From NCBI GenBank assembly GCA_934654475.1, contig CAKUFZ010000008.1, forward strand, positions 2,361-66,360: 64,000 nucleotides of DNA, read 5' to 3'. Under the pieces are notes generated by a model. It worked only from the letters and a program-made list of their open reading frames with translations, was not told where the DNA came from and made no database searches. This DNA comes from an uncultured Coriobacteriales bacterium (lineage in GTDB: Bacteria > Actinomycetota > Coriobacteriia > Coriobacteriales > UMGS124). This document shows, one piece after another, positions 1-8,188 of this stretch. Positions within the stretch are counted from its first letter, which is position 1; each line of letters opens with the position of its first letter. Both the position numbers and the translations under genes were made by a program.

Positions 1-485
1 TTTGACTTTTTCCACCTTATGCTAGCCATCATGGCCTGACGCGCCTTCTCTTTAAGCGCCTCGTCAGTGATGCACGCAACTTGAGCCTCGACGCGGGCAG
101 CCTCGGCAGCCGTGAGTTCGGGCAGATACGCCGGGTCATAGGCACGCTCGACCACATCGTCGTGAGCCGGGGCGACATGAACGCGCGAGGACACCTTAAA
201 CCGCAGGCAGATGGCAACAAGGTCAGGCTGGGCCTGCGTACAGCGCATGTTCCACTCCGCCAGAAGGGCCGGGGCGTTGAGCTGGAACTCCTGGGCCCAC
301 AGAGCGGAGTCGGTGTAGAGGACAAGCTCGAGACCCTGCTTCTTCTGTATGGGGTAGCAACCCACGACATGGGTGCACACTCGCTTGTCGCGCAGGGAGC
401 GCACAACCCCCATGGCGCGTCCCACCTGCGAAGATGTGCGCGAATGACGTGTTGCACGTGAAACAACGTCGTCAAACAGACTCAC
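1..485 (-). CDS. DUF721/DciA-like protein (3' end runs off the window)
   Basis: Absent from the ORF track because it has no stop codon in the window. My translation of the third minus frame gives VSLFDDVVSRATRHSRTSSQVGRAMGVVRSLRDKRVCTHVVGCYPIQKKQGLELVLYTDSALWAQEFQLNAPALLAEWN... with no stops down to position 1. The GTG start overlaps the recF stop (GTGA). The position fits recF-DUF721-gyrB synteny. The listed ORFs 29..475(-) and 81..461(+) look like R/S/P-rich off-frame shadows. Confidence 0.6.
   Translation of the reverse strand, partial: MSLFDDVVSRATRHSRTSSQVGRAMGVVRSLRDKRVCTHVVGCYPIQKKQGLELVLYTDSALWAQEFQLNAPALLAEWNMRCTQAQPDLVAICLRFKVSSRVHVAPAHDDVVERAYDPAYLPELTAAEAARVEAQVACITDEALKEKARQAMMASIRWKKS
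450..465. promoter_or_regulatory. parS-like site (TGTTGCACGTGAAACA, 1 mismatch) inside the DUF721 gene
   Basis: 15 of 16 positions match the parS consensus. Confidence 0.55.
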
Positions 486-1585
486 GGGAGCATCACCACC
501 TTGGCACGGTCGAGCTCGGCGGCAGAGAAGTAATCGAGGTTCGTGGTGGTCACAACCGTCTGAACCCCGGCGGCAACCAGGCCGAACAGTCGGCTGCGAC
601 GAGAGGCGTCGAGCTCGCTCATGACGTCGTCGAGCAGGAAAAGGGGGTATTGACCCGACACCTCGGCGACAAACTCGACTTGAGCGAGCTTGATGGCGAG
701 GACAAGCGAGCGCTGCTGGCCCTGAGAGGCGAAGGCACGGGCCGAGGCGTTGGAGATCCGCAGGTCAATGTCGTCGAGATGGGGCCCCACAAGCGTTGCG
801 CAGCGACGTTCCTGCTCAGCCATGTTGGACATGAGGAGACCAAAAAGGGCGTCTTCCACTTCCTGGCGCGGCGTCGAGGCGTCAAAACCGCTCGCCCAGG
901 CGCTGTCGTAGGACATCTGCGCGCCCTCCCCCGCCGCAAGCTCGCCGTAGACGCGTTCCACATGGGGGGCAAGGCGGGCAAGCAGGGCTTGGCGGTAGCA
1001 AAAGAGCACCGCTCCCGCGCGAGCCGCAGATGCACTCCATGCCTCGACGAGGGTGCGGTCGGCGCCGGCGCCGGCGCGGGCGGCCTCTTTGAACAGCGTG
1101 TTTCGCTGATACACGGCCCTGCGGTAGTCGTGCGCCACCTGGGCGTACGACTCCTTGAGCTGGGATCCGAAACCGTCGAGCAGGTCTCGACGGCCGGCGG
1201 CGGGCCCCTTTACAAGCGCAAGCTCATCGGGAAAGAACAGCACGCTCGTCAGGTCGCACACCTGGCCCTGCACTGAGCGGCGCTTACCATTCACCTTATA
1301 GAGCTTGCGAGTGGGGTGAATGTCACACGTCACGTCAATCTGGCGCTTCTCGCCTTCTATATGCATGTTGAGGCTGCCCTGGTCACACCCTTGGCGTAGC
1401 AGCTCGGAAGGCGAGGCATGTTTAAACGACGCACCGCAGGTAAGCACCTGCATGCCCTCGATACAGTTGGTCTTGCCCACCGCATTGGGACCCACAAGCA
1501 CAGTGAGCCCGCGTGCCGGCTCCAGCACGCGGGTCTCCATGTTTCTGAAGTTGCGGTACCCAACCTGGGTGACGACGAGTGACAT
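482..1585 (-). CDS. recF: DNA replication/repair protein RecF
   Basis: 367 aa. Walker A GPNAVGKTN near the N-terminus and an SMC-like signature (LASQGQQRSLVLAIKLA...LLDDVMSELD). Sits in dnaA-dnaN-recF synteny. Confidence 0.95.
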   Translation of the reverse strand: MSLVVTQVGYRNFRNMETRVLEPARGLTVLVGPNAVGKTNCIEGMQVLTCGASFKHASPSELLRQGCDQGSLNMHIEGEKRQIDVTCDIHPTRKLYKVNGKRRSVQGQVCDLTSVLFFPDELALVKGPAAGRRDLLDGFGSQLKESYAQVAHDYRRAVYQRNTLFKEAARAGAGADRTLVEAWSASAARAGAVLFCYRQALLARLAPHVERVYGELAAGEGAQMSYDSAWASGFDASTPRQEVEDALFGLLMSNMAEQERRCATLVGPHLDDIDLRISNASARAFASQGQQRSLVLAIKLAQVEFVAEVSGQYPLFLLDDVMSELDASRRSRLFGLVAAGVQTVVTTTNLDYFSAAELDRAKVVMLP

Positions 1586-1612
1586 GTGCTTCCCGAACGG
1601 TTGCAGCGCCGT

Positions 1613-2719
1613 TTAGTAACCCATGCGCACGGGCATGACGAGGTAGAGGAAGTCCACCTTGTTGCCCAGCATCTTGAAGATGCCCGGCTTGGAGGGGTTT
1701 TCCATCTGGAAGGCCATCATGTCGTCGTCGCCGGCCTTCTGCACGCAGTCGTAAATGAAGCGGGAGTTGAACGCGATGGTCTGGCTCTCGCCCTCCACCT
1801 CCACGGGGATCTCCTCGCGGGCGCTGCCCTGATCGGGCAGGTTGGACGTGATGACGAGCAGGCTCTCGGCCGCGTCGATCTGGAAGCGAATCTCGGAGTT
1901 GGAGACGGTCATGGCCTTGATGCGCTGCATAGCCTCGAACAGGTCGTTGACCTTCACCTTCACGCCCGTCACGTACGAGGCGGGAATGAGCTTGCGGTAC
2001 TTGGGGTAGCTGCCCTCGATACGGCGCGTGACGTACACGACGTCGCCGAAGAGGAAGACAATCTGGGTCTGGTTCGTGCCGATGGTCATCGTGCGCGACT
2101 CGCTTGCCATGGAAAGCACGCTGCGCAGCGTCTTTGCCGGGGCGATGACCTCGAAATCCTCCACGCCGCTCGTGATCTTGGTCTCAGCCACGGCGAGACG
2201 CACCGAGTCAGTCGTGACGAAGCGCACGATCTCGGGCGTGATGTTGACAAGCACGCCATTGAGCACCGTGCGGCTCTTGTCGGTGGAAGCGGCCACGGCA
2301 ACACGGTTTACCATGTCGTTGAGGCTTGCCGTGGGGACCTCCACCATCGAGTCGATCTGATAGCTGGGGAACTGCGGGAAGTCCTGTGCTGCAAGCGTGT
2401 TGATGGAGTAGGAGGAGCTGCCGCAACGCACGTTGAGCACAGTCCCTGCAAGCTCAAAGGAGATGGCCATGTCGGGCAGGTGGCCAACGACTTCGGCAAG
2501 GAGCTTGCACGGAACGACGAGAGCACCCGGTTCCTCGACATTGGCAATGACAGTCTGCTTGATGGAGACCTCCATGTTTGAAGTCTCAAGAACGAGGGAC
2601 TGTCCTTCAGCTGTAATGAGAACACCGGAGAGAATGGGAAGGGTGGAGTTCATGTCCATACCCTTGATGGAACGGTCGAGAGCTCCCTTGAGAGTATCCC
2701 TGTCGATAACGAACTTCAT
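1613..2719 (-). CDS. dnaN: DNA polymerase III beta sliding clamp
   Basis: 368 aa. Typical N-terminus MKFVIDRDTLKGAL and C-terminus (YLVMPVRM). Lies immediately downstream of dnaA. Confidence 0.95.
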   Translation of the reverse strand: MKFVIDRDTLKGALDRSIKGMDMNSTLPILSGVLITAEGQSLVLETSNMEVSIKQTVIANVEEPGALVVPCKLLAEVVGHLPDMAISFELAGTVLNVRCGSSSYSINTLAAQDFPQFPSYQIDSMVEVPTASLNDMVNRVAVAASTDKSRTVLNGVLVNITPEIVRFVTTDSVRLAVAETKITSGVEDFEVIAPAKTLRSVLSMASESRTMTIGTNQTQIVFLFGDVVYVTRRIEGSYPKYRKLIPASYVTGVKVKVNDLFEAMQRIKAMTVSNSEIRFQIDAAESLLVITSNLPDQGSAREEIPVEVEGESQTIAFNSRFIYDCVQKAGDDDMMAFQMENPSKPGIFKMLGNKVDFLYLVMPVRMGY

Positions 2720-2923
2720 CTTGTCTTTCCCTTCTTTTCTTATATTAAAGAGTAGTTGTAGTAGTAGGTCGGTTTCAAATGTTGATTAGTGTGCTCAATG
2801 CCTGGTAGATGCCGAAAAACTTTTGCTTTCAACACGCTGATTTCTTCAACCTGTTTCAACGCGCCGCCAAAGTCTCAAGCATTGTAGACGAGTGTTGCAC
2901 ACGCTTTGAACGTCCTTTCAACC
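2720..2923. other. AT-rich dnaA-dnaN spacer with TTTCAAC-type boxes (possible second oriC half)
   Basis: CTTTCAAC at 2826-2833 and 2915-2922, GTTTCAAC at 2853-2860, TCTTCAAC at 2843-2850, GTTTCAAA at 2772-2779. An AT-rich tract lies at 2735-2770. Confidence 0.4.
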
Positions 2924-4726
2924 TCATTTCGACTCGTTGCACAACCGGTTCTTGAAGTCCTCGAGCTGACGGGCATAGGTGTGGTCGACGTTGCGCTTCT
3001 CGTTGATGACCTTGATGCCGTGCGTGATCGTGGAGTGGTTGAGCCCCACGACGTCGCCGATAGACTGGTAGGTTTCGTCGGTGAGCTGGCTGGCAAGCCA
3101 CATATAGACCTGACGAGCCTCTTTGATGGCGGCGGTCCTGCTTCGGCTTGTTACCTGCTCATAGGTGACGCCGTATTCCCTTGTGACCGCCTCGATGATC
3201 TTGTCGAGGCCGATGATGGTCGTGACGTTGTACTGCGAGTCGATGTACTCCCTGATGCCGTCCGGCGTGATGACGCTGGGGTCGTGCTCGGCGTTGAACA
3301 TGATGCCGTTGATGAGGCCCGTCATCAAACGAGGGCTGTCGGGACCGTACTCAGCCATGACCTTGAACGCCTCGTCCGAGATGCGCACGCTTGTCATGCC
3401 GTTGCGCGCTCGGTAGCGCTCATAGAAGCTTTTAAGGATGGAGAGCTTCATTTCCCAGGTAGGGGCCTTAATGTCTTGCACCATGCCCTGTGCGAAGCGC
3501 GTCTTGAGGCGCGGGTCGAGGTCGAGGTAGTCGGGTGCACGGTCGGCTGCAAGCACGATTTGCTTGTTGCCGGCGAGCATGAAGCTGTTGAAGATGTTGA
3601 AAAGCGCGCCCACCGTCTCCTGCTGCTGGTTGCGGAACTCCTGCACGTCGTCTACCAGCAGAACGTCGATGTCTTCCATGTCTTTGAGCACGGCGTGTCC
3701 ACGCAGCTTTTGAACGTGCACCTCGTCGACATAGCGCGTGATGAACATGTCGGCGCTGATGTATTCCACGCGTGTGCGGGGCTGGTTGGCCATGATGTAG
3801 GACTGGATCGCGAGCAAGAGGTGCGTCTTGCCGTTTCCCGAAGGGCCCCAGATGAAAACAGGGTTGAAAAGACTGCCGTCGGGTTGCTCGGCCACACTGC
3901 GCGCCACGCGATACGCCATGATGTTGGAATCGCCGACAACATAGGTGTCAAAGGTAAAGTCGGTGCTTGTCTGGGCTTTTACCTCGTCTTTTTGCTTGGG
4001 TCCATCCTCAAGTACCGGGATTGGTTGAGAGAGGTTGGAAGGGCTTTCAACATTCGTTGAAACGGGTGGTTGAAAACTTCTCACCGCAGGGGCGGCACTT
4101 TGCGAGGGCTCGGAGTTCTTGACCGCAGAGGGGAAGGGAACCTCTCCCGACAGGATGCGAGAGTGGATGCGGGGGCGTCCCGCTCCGGCGGCCTTGCCTG
4201 CGAGGGCTGCGGCACTCAAGGGGGCCGCAGCCGGGGTGGCGGCTGCACTGGGTTCAGGGCAGACGACGGGCGAGGGGGCCTCTGCGGGGAGAGGCTGCGC
4301 CGCATCGTTATGGCCGCCGAAGTCGGCCGCAGGTGCGCCTGCGTTGTCGCAAGCGTGTGCCTGCGTCGCCTGTTCGGTTGTGGATGGCGCCTGTGCCTGC
4401 GCTTCTGGGACGGGAGCGGCTGGAGCTGCCGGTGTGGCAGCAGGGCCTGTTGGGGCGATGTCGGCGCCGTCCACCTCGACTTCGAGCGTGACGGGCTCCA
4501 TGGTTATCTCGCCCATGAGGGCCTCGACTGCCTCGCGGTACTTGCCCATGAGGTTGCGTGCGGCCCATTTCTGCTTGGTTGTCAGACGCATGACCGCGCC
4601 GTCGAACGACGAGGGGCTTGCCCGTTCGAGCCAAGCGAGGAGGTCGTCCTGCCCTTTGGCGCGCACTTCGTCGAGCATGTCGGCCCAGAGGAACTGGGCG
4701 TCTTGTTCGAACATCTCCTGGTCCAT
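2924..4726 (-). CDS. dnaA: Chromosomal replication initiator DnaA (long Ala/Pro-rich linker)
   Basis: 600 aa. AAA+ Walker A GPSGNGKTHLL and a C-terminal helix-turn-helix domain. The SD GGAGG sits 6 nt upstream of the ATG, inside the end of the upstream gene. Confidence 0.95.
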   Translation of the reverse strand: MDQEMFEQDAQFLWADMLDEVRAKGQDDLLAWLERASPSSFDGAVMRLTTKQKWAARNLMGKYREAVEALMGEITMEPVTLEVEVDGADIAPTGPAATPAAPAAPVPEAQAQAPSTTEQATQAHACDNAGAPAADFGGHNDAAQPLPAEAPSPVVCPEPSAAATPAAAPLSAAALAGKAAGAGRPRIHSRILSGEVPFPSAVKNSEPSQSAAPAVRSFQPPVSTNVESPSNLSQPIPVLEDGPKQKDEVKAQTSTDFTFDTYVVGDSNIMAYRVARSVAEQPDGSLFNPVFIWGPSGNGKTHLLLAIQSYIMANQPRTRVEYISADMFITRYVDEVHVQKLRGHAVLKDMEDIDVLLVDDVQEFRNQQQETVGALFNIFNSFMLAGNKQIVLAADRAPDYLDLDPRLKTRFAQGMVQDIKAPTWEMKLSILKSFYERYRARNGMTSVRISDEAFKVMAEYGPDSPRLMTGLINGIMFNAEHDPSVITPDGIREYIDSQYNVTTIIGLDKIIEAVTREYGVTYEQVTSRSRTAAIKEARQVYMWLASQLTDETYQSIGDVVGLNHSTITHGIKVINEKRNVDHTYARQLEDFKNRLCNESK

Positions 4727-4729
4727 GCG

Positions 4730-6094
4730 TTACCTCCCTTGCGCGATCTCGCCGAGAAGGCGGTGTCCCGCCTCGGTCAGTACGTATTTCTGGCCGTTCT
4801 TCACGATGAAGCCGGCCTCGGCAATCTTCTGCAAACGCCTTCCTGCCGTGGCGTTTGACATGCCTGTGGCTTGCGCCACCTCGGTGCCGCCCACCTTCTC
4901 AAAGTTGAAGAAGAGCGAGATGATCTGCACTTCTTCCTGGTCGAAGGGGGTGTTTGCATATGTGGCGCCTTGGGGCAGGGGCATGTTGGCGCCTTGTGGG
5001 TTGCTTGCGGGCGCGAATGCTGCCTGGGGGGCTTGGTTCGCCTCACCGTACGGCATGCCCTGCATGGGCGCGGCGTTTGCGGGCCATTGGGCCCCGGCCG
5101 CGTATGGGTTCCATCCGCCTGGAGGCGTCTGGGGCATGCCGGCCTGGCCGTAGGGCATTGCCCCCGGTTGGTTCCAGGCGCCTTGCTGCTGTGTGCCGGG
5201 CATGGGTGCCTGCGGATAGGCGCCTTGCGGCTGCTGCCAAGCTTGACCGGGGGTACCCTGTGCATATCCGGGGTTGCCTCCTGGCATGCCGGGCTGCATG
5301 GGCGACTGGCCGTACATGGTCTGGCCTGCAGGTGCATACCCTTGGGGGCCAGGATAGGCCCCCTGTTGAAAACCTTGCGCCCCGCTCTGGGGCATTCCGT
5401 ACATATTGAGCGGCTGCCCTTGTCCCATGCCCTGGGGATATCCTCCCTGACCAGCCATGGGATAGCCGACTTGAGCCTGCATGCCGGCAGGGTAAGGGGC
5501 CGCTGCATTCTGGGAAGCCCCCGTTGCGGTGTCGGTGCTGGGCGCGCTGCCAGGCGCGGGCTCGTCCTTGTGGGCCAGCGACACGGTGATGACGGCGCCC
5601 TGTCCCAGGTTGTCCTCGATGGAAATGCTGCCGTGCTGGAGCTTGACCGTCGCCTCCACCATGGGAAGCCCCGAACCGGTGCCTCGTATGTAGCGCTTCA
5701 TTGCCTTGGTGGCGCTGGAGAACGTGGGGCGAAGGGCCGCTTGCTTGTTGGGGATACCCGGTCCCTGGTCGGAGAACGAGATGGTCTGACCCCTGTCCAT
5801 GATGGATATCGTCGGTTCGATGAACTGGGCATGGATGTAGTTTTCCACCAGCTCACGAATGATGTGCCAGGGCCAGTCGCCTCCTTGCTGAGTGGCGAGC
5901 TCCCACACGTTCTTGGTGATCTCGTCGAGGTAGGTGCGCACGTCGCTGGGTGGCACCGTCACCACGCGCGGCGGCACTGTCATGGAGTCATATACGGCTA
6001 TGCGGGCAGGCTGCTTGGGCGCGATGATCTCATCGTCGTCGCTTTCCTGTGCGTCGCCTGAGTTTTCCACGAATGGGTAGAACGTGTCCGACAA
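4730..6094 (-). CDS. GHKL (histidine-kinase-like) ATPase domain protein with a Q/G/P/M/Y-rich low-complexity linker and a C-terminal winged-HTH
   Basis: 454 aa. N-box RELVENYIHA, G1 box SDQGPGIP, G2 box RGTGSGLP. About 200 aa of low-complexity sequence. The C-terminus GGTEVAQATGMSNATAGRRLQKIAEAGFIVKNGQKYVLTEAG is wHTH-like. TTG start preceded by GGGAGGA. The stop lies 3 nt before the dnaA ATG. Confidence 0.7.
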   Translation of the reverse strand: MSDTFYPFVENSGDAQESDDDEIIAPKQPARIAVYDSMTVPPRVVTVPPSDVRTYLDEITKNVWELATQQGGDWPWHIIRELVENYIHAQFIEPTISIMDRGQTISFSDQGPGIPNKQAALRPTFSSATKAMKRYIRGTGSGLPMVEATVKLQHGSISIEDNLGQGAVITVSLAHKDEPAPGSAPSTDTATGASQNAAAPYPAGMQAQVGYPMAGQGGYPQGMGQGQPLNMYGMPQSGAQGFQQGAYPGPQGYAPAGQTMYGQSPMQPGMPGGNPGYAQGTPGQAWQQPQGAYPQAPMPGTQQQGAWNQPGAMPYGQAGMPQTPPGGWNPYAAGAQWPANAAPMQGMPYGEANQAPQAAFAPASNPQGANMPLPQGATYANTPFDQEEVQIISLFFNFEKVGGTEVAQATGMSNATAGRRLQKIAEAGFIVKNGQKYVLTEAGHRLLGEIAQGR

Positions 6095-6478
6095 GATTTC
6101 CTCCCTGAGAACGATAAGAATGAATCTTACGCTCTTTGGAGACTGGTATTTTCAACATTTCATTGATGTTGAAAACTTCTCAACTTTCCTAGGTTTCAAA
6201 CTTTTCACCTGAAAAATGAACAGATAGCAGTGAAAACAATCAACATTTCAACTGAGTTTTTCATTTTTGACAGAAAATCGGCTTCAAATTTTAGATTCTG
6301 TTGAAAAGTTAGGTGAAAAGTTGAAAAGTTTTCTACCACGTTGAACCTTGCTGGATGGCATTGAGAATTGTGGAGAGGTTTTACCGTTTTACGTGCAGTT
6401 TTTGCACGGTACTCCTATGCTTTATTGACATCATTTGTCGTGGTGGATAGGATTGGCAAACTGCAATAGCCGCCATTT
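6095..6478. other. Probable oriC / DNA-unwinding region, with divergent promoters
   Basis: Strongly AT-rich compared with its flanks. Gene orientation switches here. It holds a dense set of TTTTCAAC/GTTGAAAA boxes and two canonical-like DnaA boxes: TGTGGAGAG at 6369-6377 and GTGGATAGG at 6442-6450. Confidence 0.6.
6425..6453 (+). promoter_or_regulatory. Candidate rpmH promoter (-35 TTGACA, 17-nt spacer, -10 TAGGAT)
   Basis: TTGACA at 6425-6430 and TAGGAT at 6448-6453, about 50 nt upstream of the rpmH ATG. The spacer contains a DnaA-box-like TATCCAC on the complement strand. Confidence 0.4.
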
Positions 6479-6505
6479 GTGCTTTATATATATCAGGAGG
6501 ATTCG

Positions 6506-6661
6506 ATGAAGCGCACTTATCAGCCCAATAAGAGGCATCGTGCCAAGGTGCACGGCTTCCGTGCCCGTATGGCCACCAAGAACGGCCGCAAGGTTCTCGC
6601 CCGCCGTCGTGCTAAGGGCCGTGCCAAGCTCACCGTTTCTGACGAGCGTCACACGAAGTAA
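6506..6661 (+). CDS. rpmH: 50S ribosomal protein L34
   Basis: [22 protein letters not shown]... The SD AGGAGG lies 5 nt upstream of the ATG at 6506. The ORF-track start at 6479 is an upstream extension. Confidence 0.95.
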   Translation: MKRTYQPNKRHRAKVHGFRARMATKNGRKVLARRRAKGRAKLTVSDERHTK

Positions 6662-6685
6662 CTTTCATTGGATGACCAAGGCTGC

Positions 6686-7015
6686 ATGAACATCATTAAG
6701 TCCAGCGAGCAAATCAGCGAGCTGTTCAGCCAAGGGAAAAGGGTTTCTGCCAAAGAGATCCGCATCATCTATAAAAAGCACGATGAGCAACGCGACCCCT
6801 GTGGTCGCGTTGCTTTTATAGCGGGAAAAAAGCTCGGCAATGCCGTAGTTCGCAACCGCAGCAAGCGCGTTATGCGTGAGGTTGCCCGTGAGAACGGTCT
6901 ACCCGTTGAGGGATACGACATCCTGCTCATGGCAACTCCTGCAACGCGCGGTGCAGATCATGATGTGCTCAGCTCTTCTTTGGCAAAGGCTCTTCGTCGT
7001 GCGGACATTCGGTAA
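6686..7015 (+). CDS. rnpA: Ribonuclease P protein component
   Basis: Motif [26 protein letters not shown]. Follows rpmH. An alternative TTG start at 6668 is possible. Confidence 0.85.
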   Translation: MNIIKSSEQISELFSQGKRVSAKEIRIIYKKHDEQRDPCGRVAFIAGKKLGNAVVRNRSKRVMREVARENGLPVEGYDILLMATPATRGADHDVLSSSLAKALRRADIR

Positions 7016-7017
7016 CG

Positions 7018-7311
7018 ATGTCTAGGCTGTCGGGCGCATGGGAGAAGGTGAGGCGCATTCCGCGTTGGCTTGGAATGTGTCTCATCAATTTTTATCGGGG
7101 GTGTATCTCCCCTCGTTTTCCTGCCTGTTGTCGATATGTGCCGACATGTTCGCAGTATGCCCTTTGTGCTGTGGAGCGCTTTGGATTGCTCAAGGGTTCA
7201 TGGCTGTCGCTGAAGAGGATTCTGCGTTGCAATCCTTTTCATGAAGGCGGTTATGACCCTGTACCACAAACCTTCTCCTTGTTTGGGAGAAACGGGAATA
7301 CAAATCGTTAG
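7018..7311 (+). CDS. yidD: Membrane protein insertion efficiency factor YidD
   Basis: [61 protein letters not shown]. Confidence 0.9.
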   Translation: MSRLSGAWEKVRRIPRWLGMCLINFYRGCISPRFPACCRYVPTCSQYALCAVERFGLLKGSWLSLKRILRCNPFHEGGYDPVPQTFSLFGRNGNTNR

Positions 7312-7374
7312 GCCGACCTGTTAGGTAATGGACCGTCAACGCCTTGTTGACATGATTTTTGACACGGAGGATCT

Positions 7375-8130
7375 ATGTGGGATTGGTTGATCACCTTCCT
7401 CTTCGACTGTATCCAGGGCCTTGAGGGTCTCCTGGGTGACTGGGGTCTCGCCATCATTATCTTTACGGTCATCATCCGCCTTCTGCTTCTGCCTTTGACC
7501 TTCAAGCAGCAGAAGTCCATGGCCGAGATGCAGATGGTGACCCCCCTGCTTCAGGAGCTGCAGACGAAGTATGCTGATGACCCCCAGCGTCTCAATGCCG
7601 AGATGACCAAGTTCTATGCCGAGCACAAGTTCAACCCTCTGGCGGGTTGTCTGCCCATGCTTGTGCAGATGCCCATCTTCTTTGCACTCTTCTCCGTCCT
7701 GCGCGACTATGTTCCTGCCGAGGCTAGCTTCTACGGCATCCTTCCCTCGCTTGCAAACAACGCCGGCGGCATTCTTGCCACTGCCGGTTTTGGCGCTGCC
7801 GTCCCCTACATCATCTTTGTGATCCTGTTCGGCATCCTGACGTTCCTTCCCATGTATCTGCAGCAGAACTCCAACTCGATGACCAAGGGCATGGGCGCAT
7901 TCATGACCATCATGATGCTCTTTGTTGGTTGGTCTTCCCCTGCTGGCGTCGTGCTCTACTGGGTTGTTTCGAGCGGCTGGGGTGTCGTGCAGCAGCAGCT
8001 CATCTTCAAGAAGAAGAAGATTGAGGCTGAGGAGGAGCAGGCGGCTCTCGCTGCTTCACAGCCTCCCAAGCCCGTCGAGGTTGATGTGGTGCGTCGCGAG
8101 CACAAGCCTCGTCCTCGCAAGAAGAGCTAA
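7375..8130 (+). CDS. yidC: Membrane protein insertase YidC (short Gram-positive type)
   Basis: 251 aa, multi-TM, with a basic C-terminal tail (REHKPRPRKKS). SD GGAGG upstream. Sits in rnpA-yidD-yidC synteny. Confidence 0.9.
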   Translation: MWDWLITFLFDCIQGLEGLLGDWGLAIIIFTVIIRLLLLPLTFKQQKSMAEMQMVTPLLQELQTKYADDPQRLNAEMTKFYAEHKFNPLAGCLPMLVQMPIFFALFSVLRDYVPAEASFYGILPSLANNAGGILATAGFGAAVPYIIFVILFGILTFLPMYLQQNSNSMTKGMGAFMTIMMLFVGWSSPAGVVLYWVVSSGWGVVQQQLIFKKKKIEAEEEQAALAASQPPKPVEVDVVRREHKPRPRKKS

Positions 8131-8131
8131 G

Positions 8132-8147
8132 TGTTTCACGTGAAACA
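8132..8147. promoter_or_regulatory. parS site (perfect TGTTTCACGTGAAACA)
   Basis: Exact 16-bp palindrome matching the ParB/Spo0J parS consensus. Confidence 0.85.
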
Positions 8148-8188
8148 TATCATTTGCCGATGCTTTGAATAAGAGAGTAGTTGAGACC

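Noticed and set aside
29-475. Track ORFs 29..475(-) and 81..461(+).
   Set aside because: Both translate to R/S/P-rich shadow-like sequence. The third minus frame gives a coherent DUF721-like protein coupled to recF.
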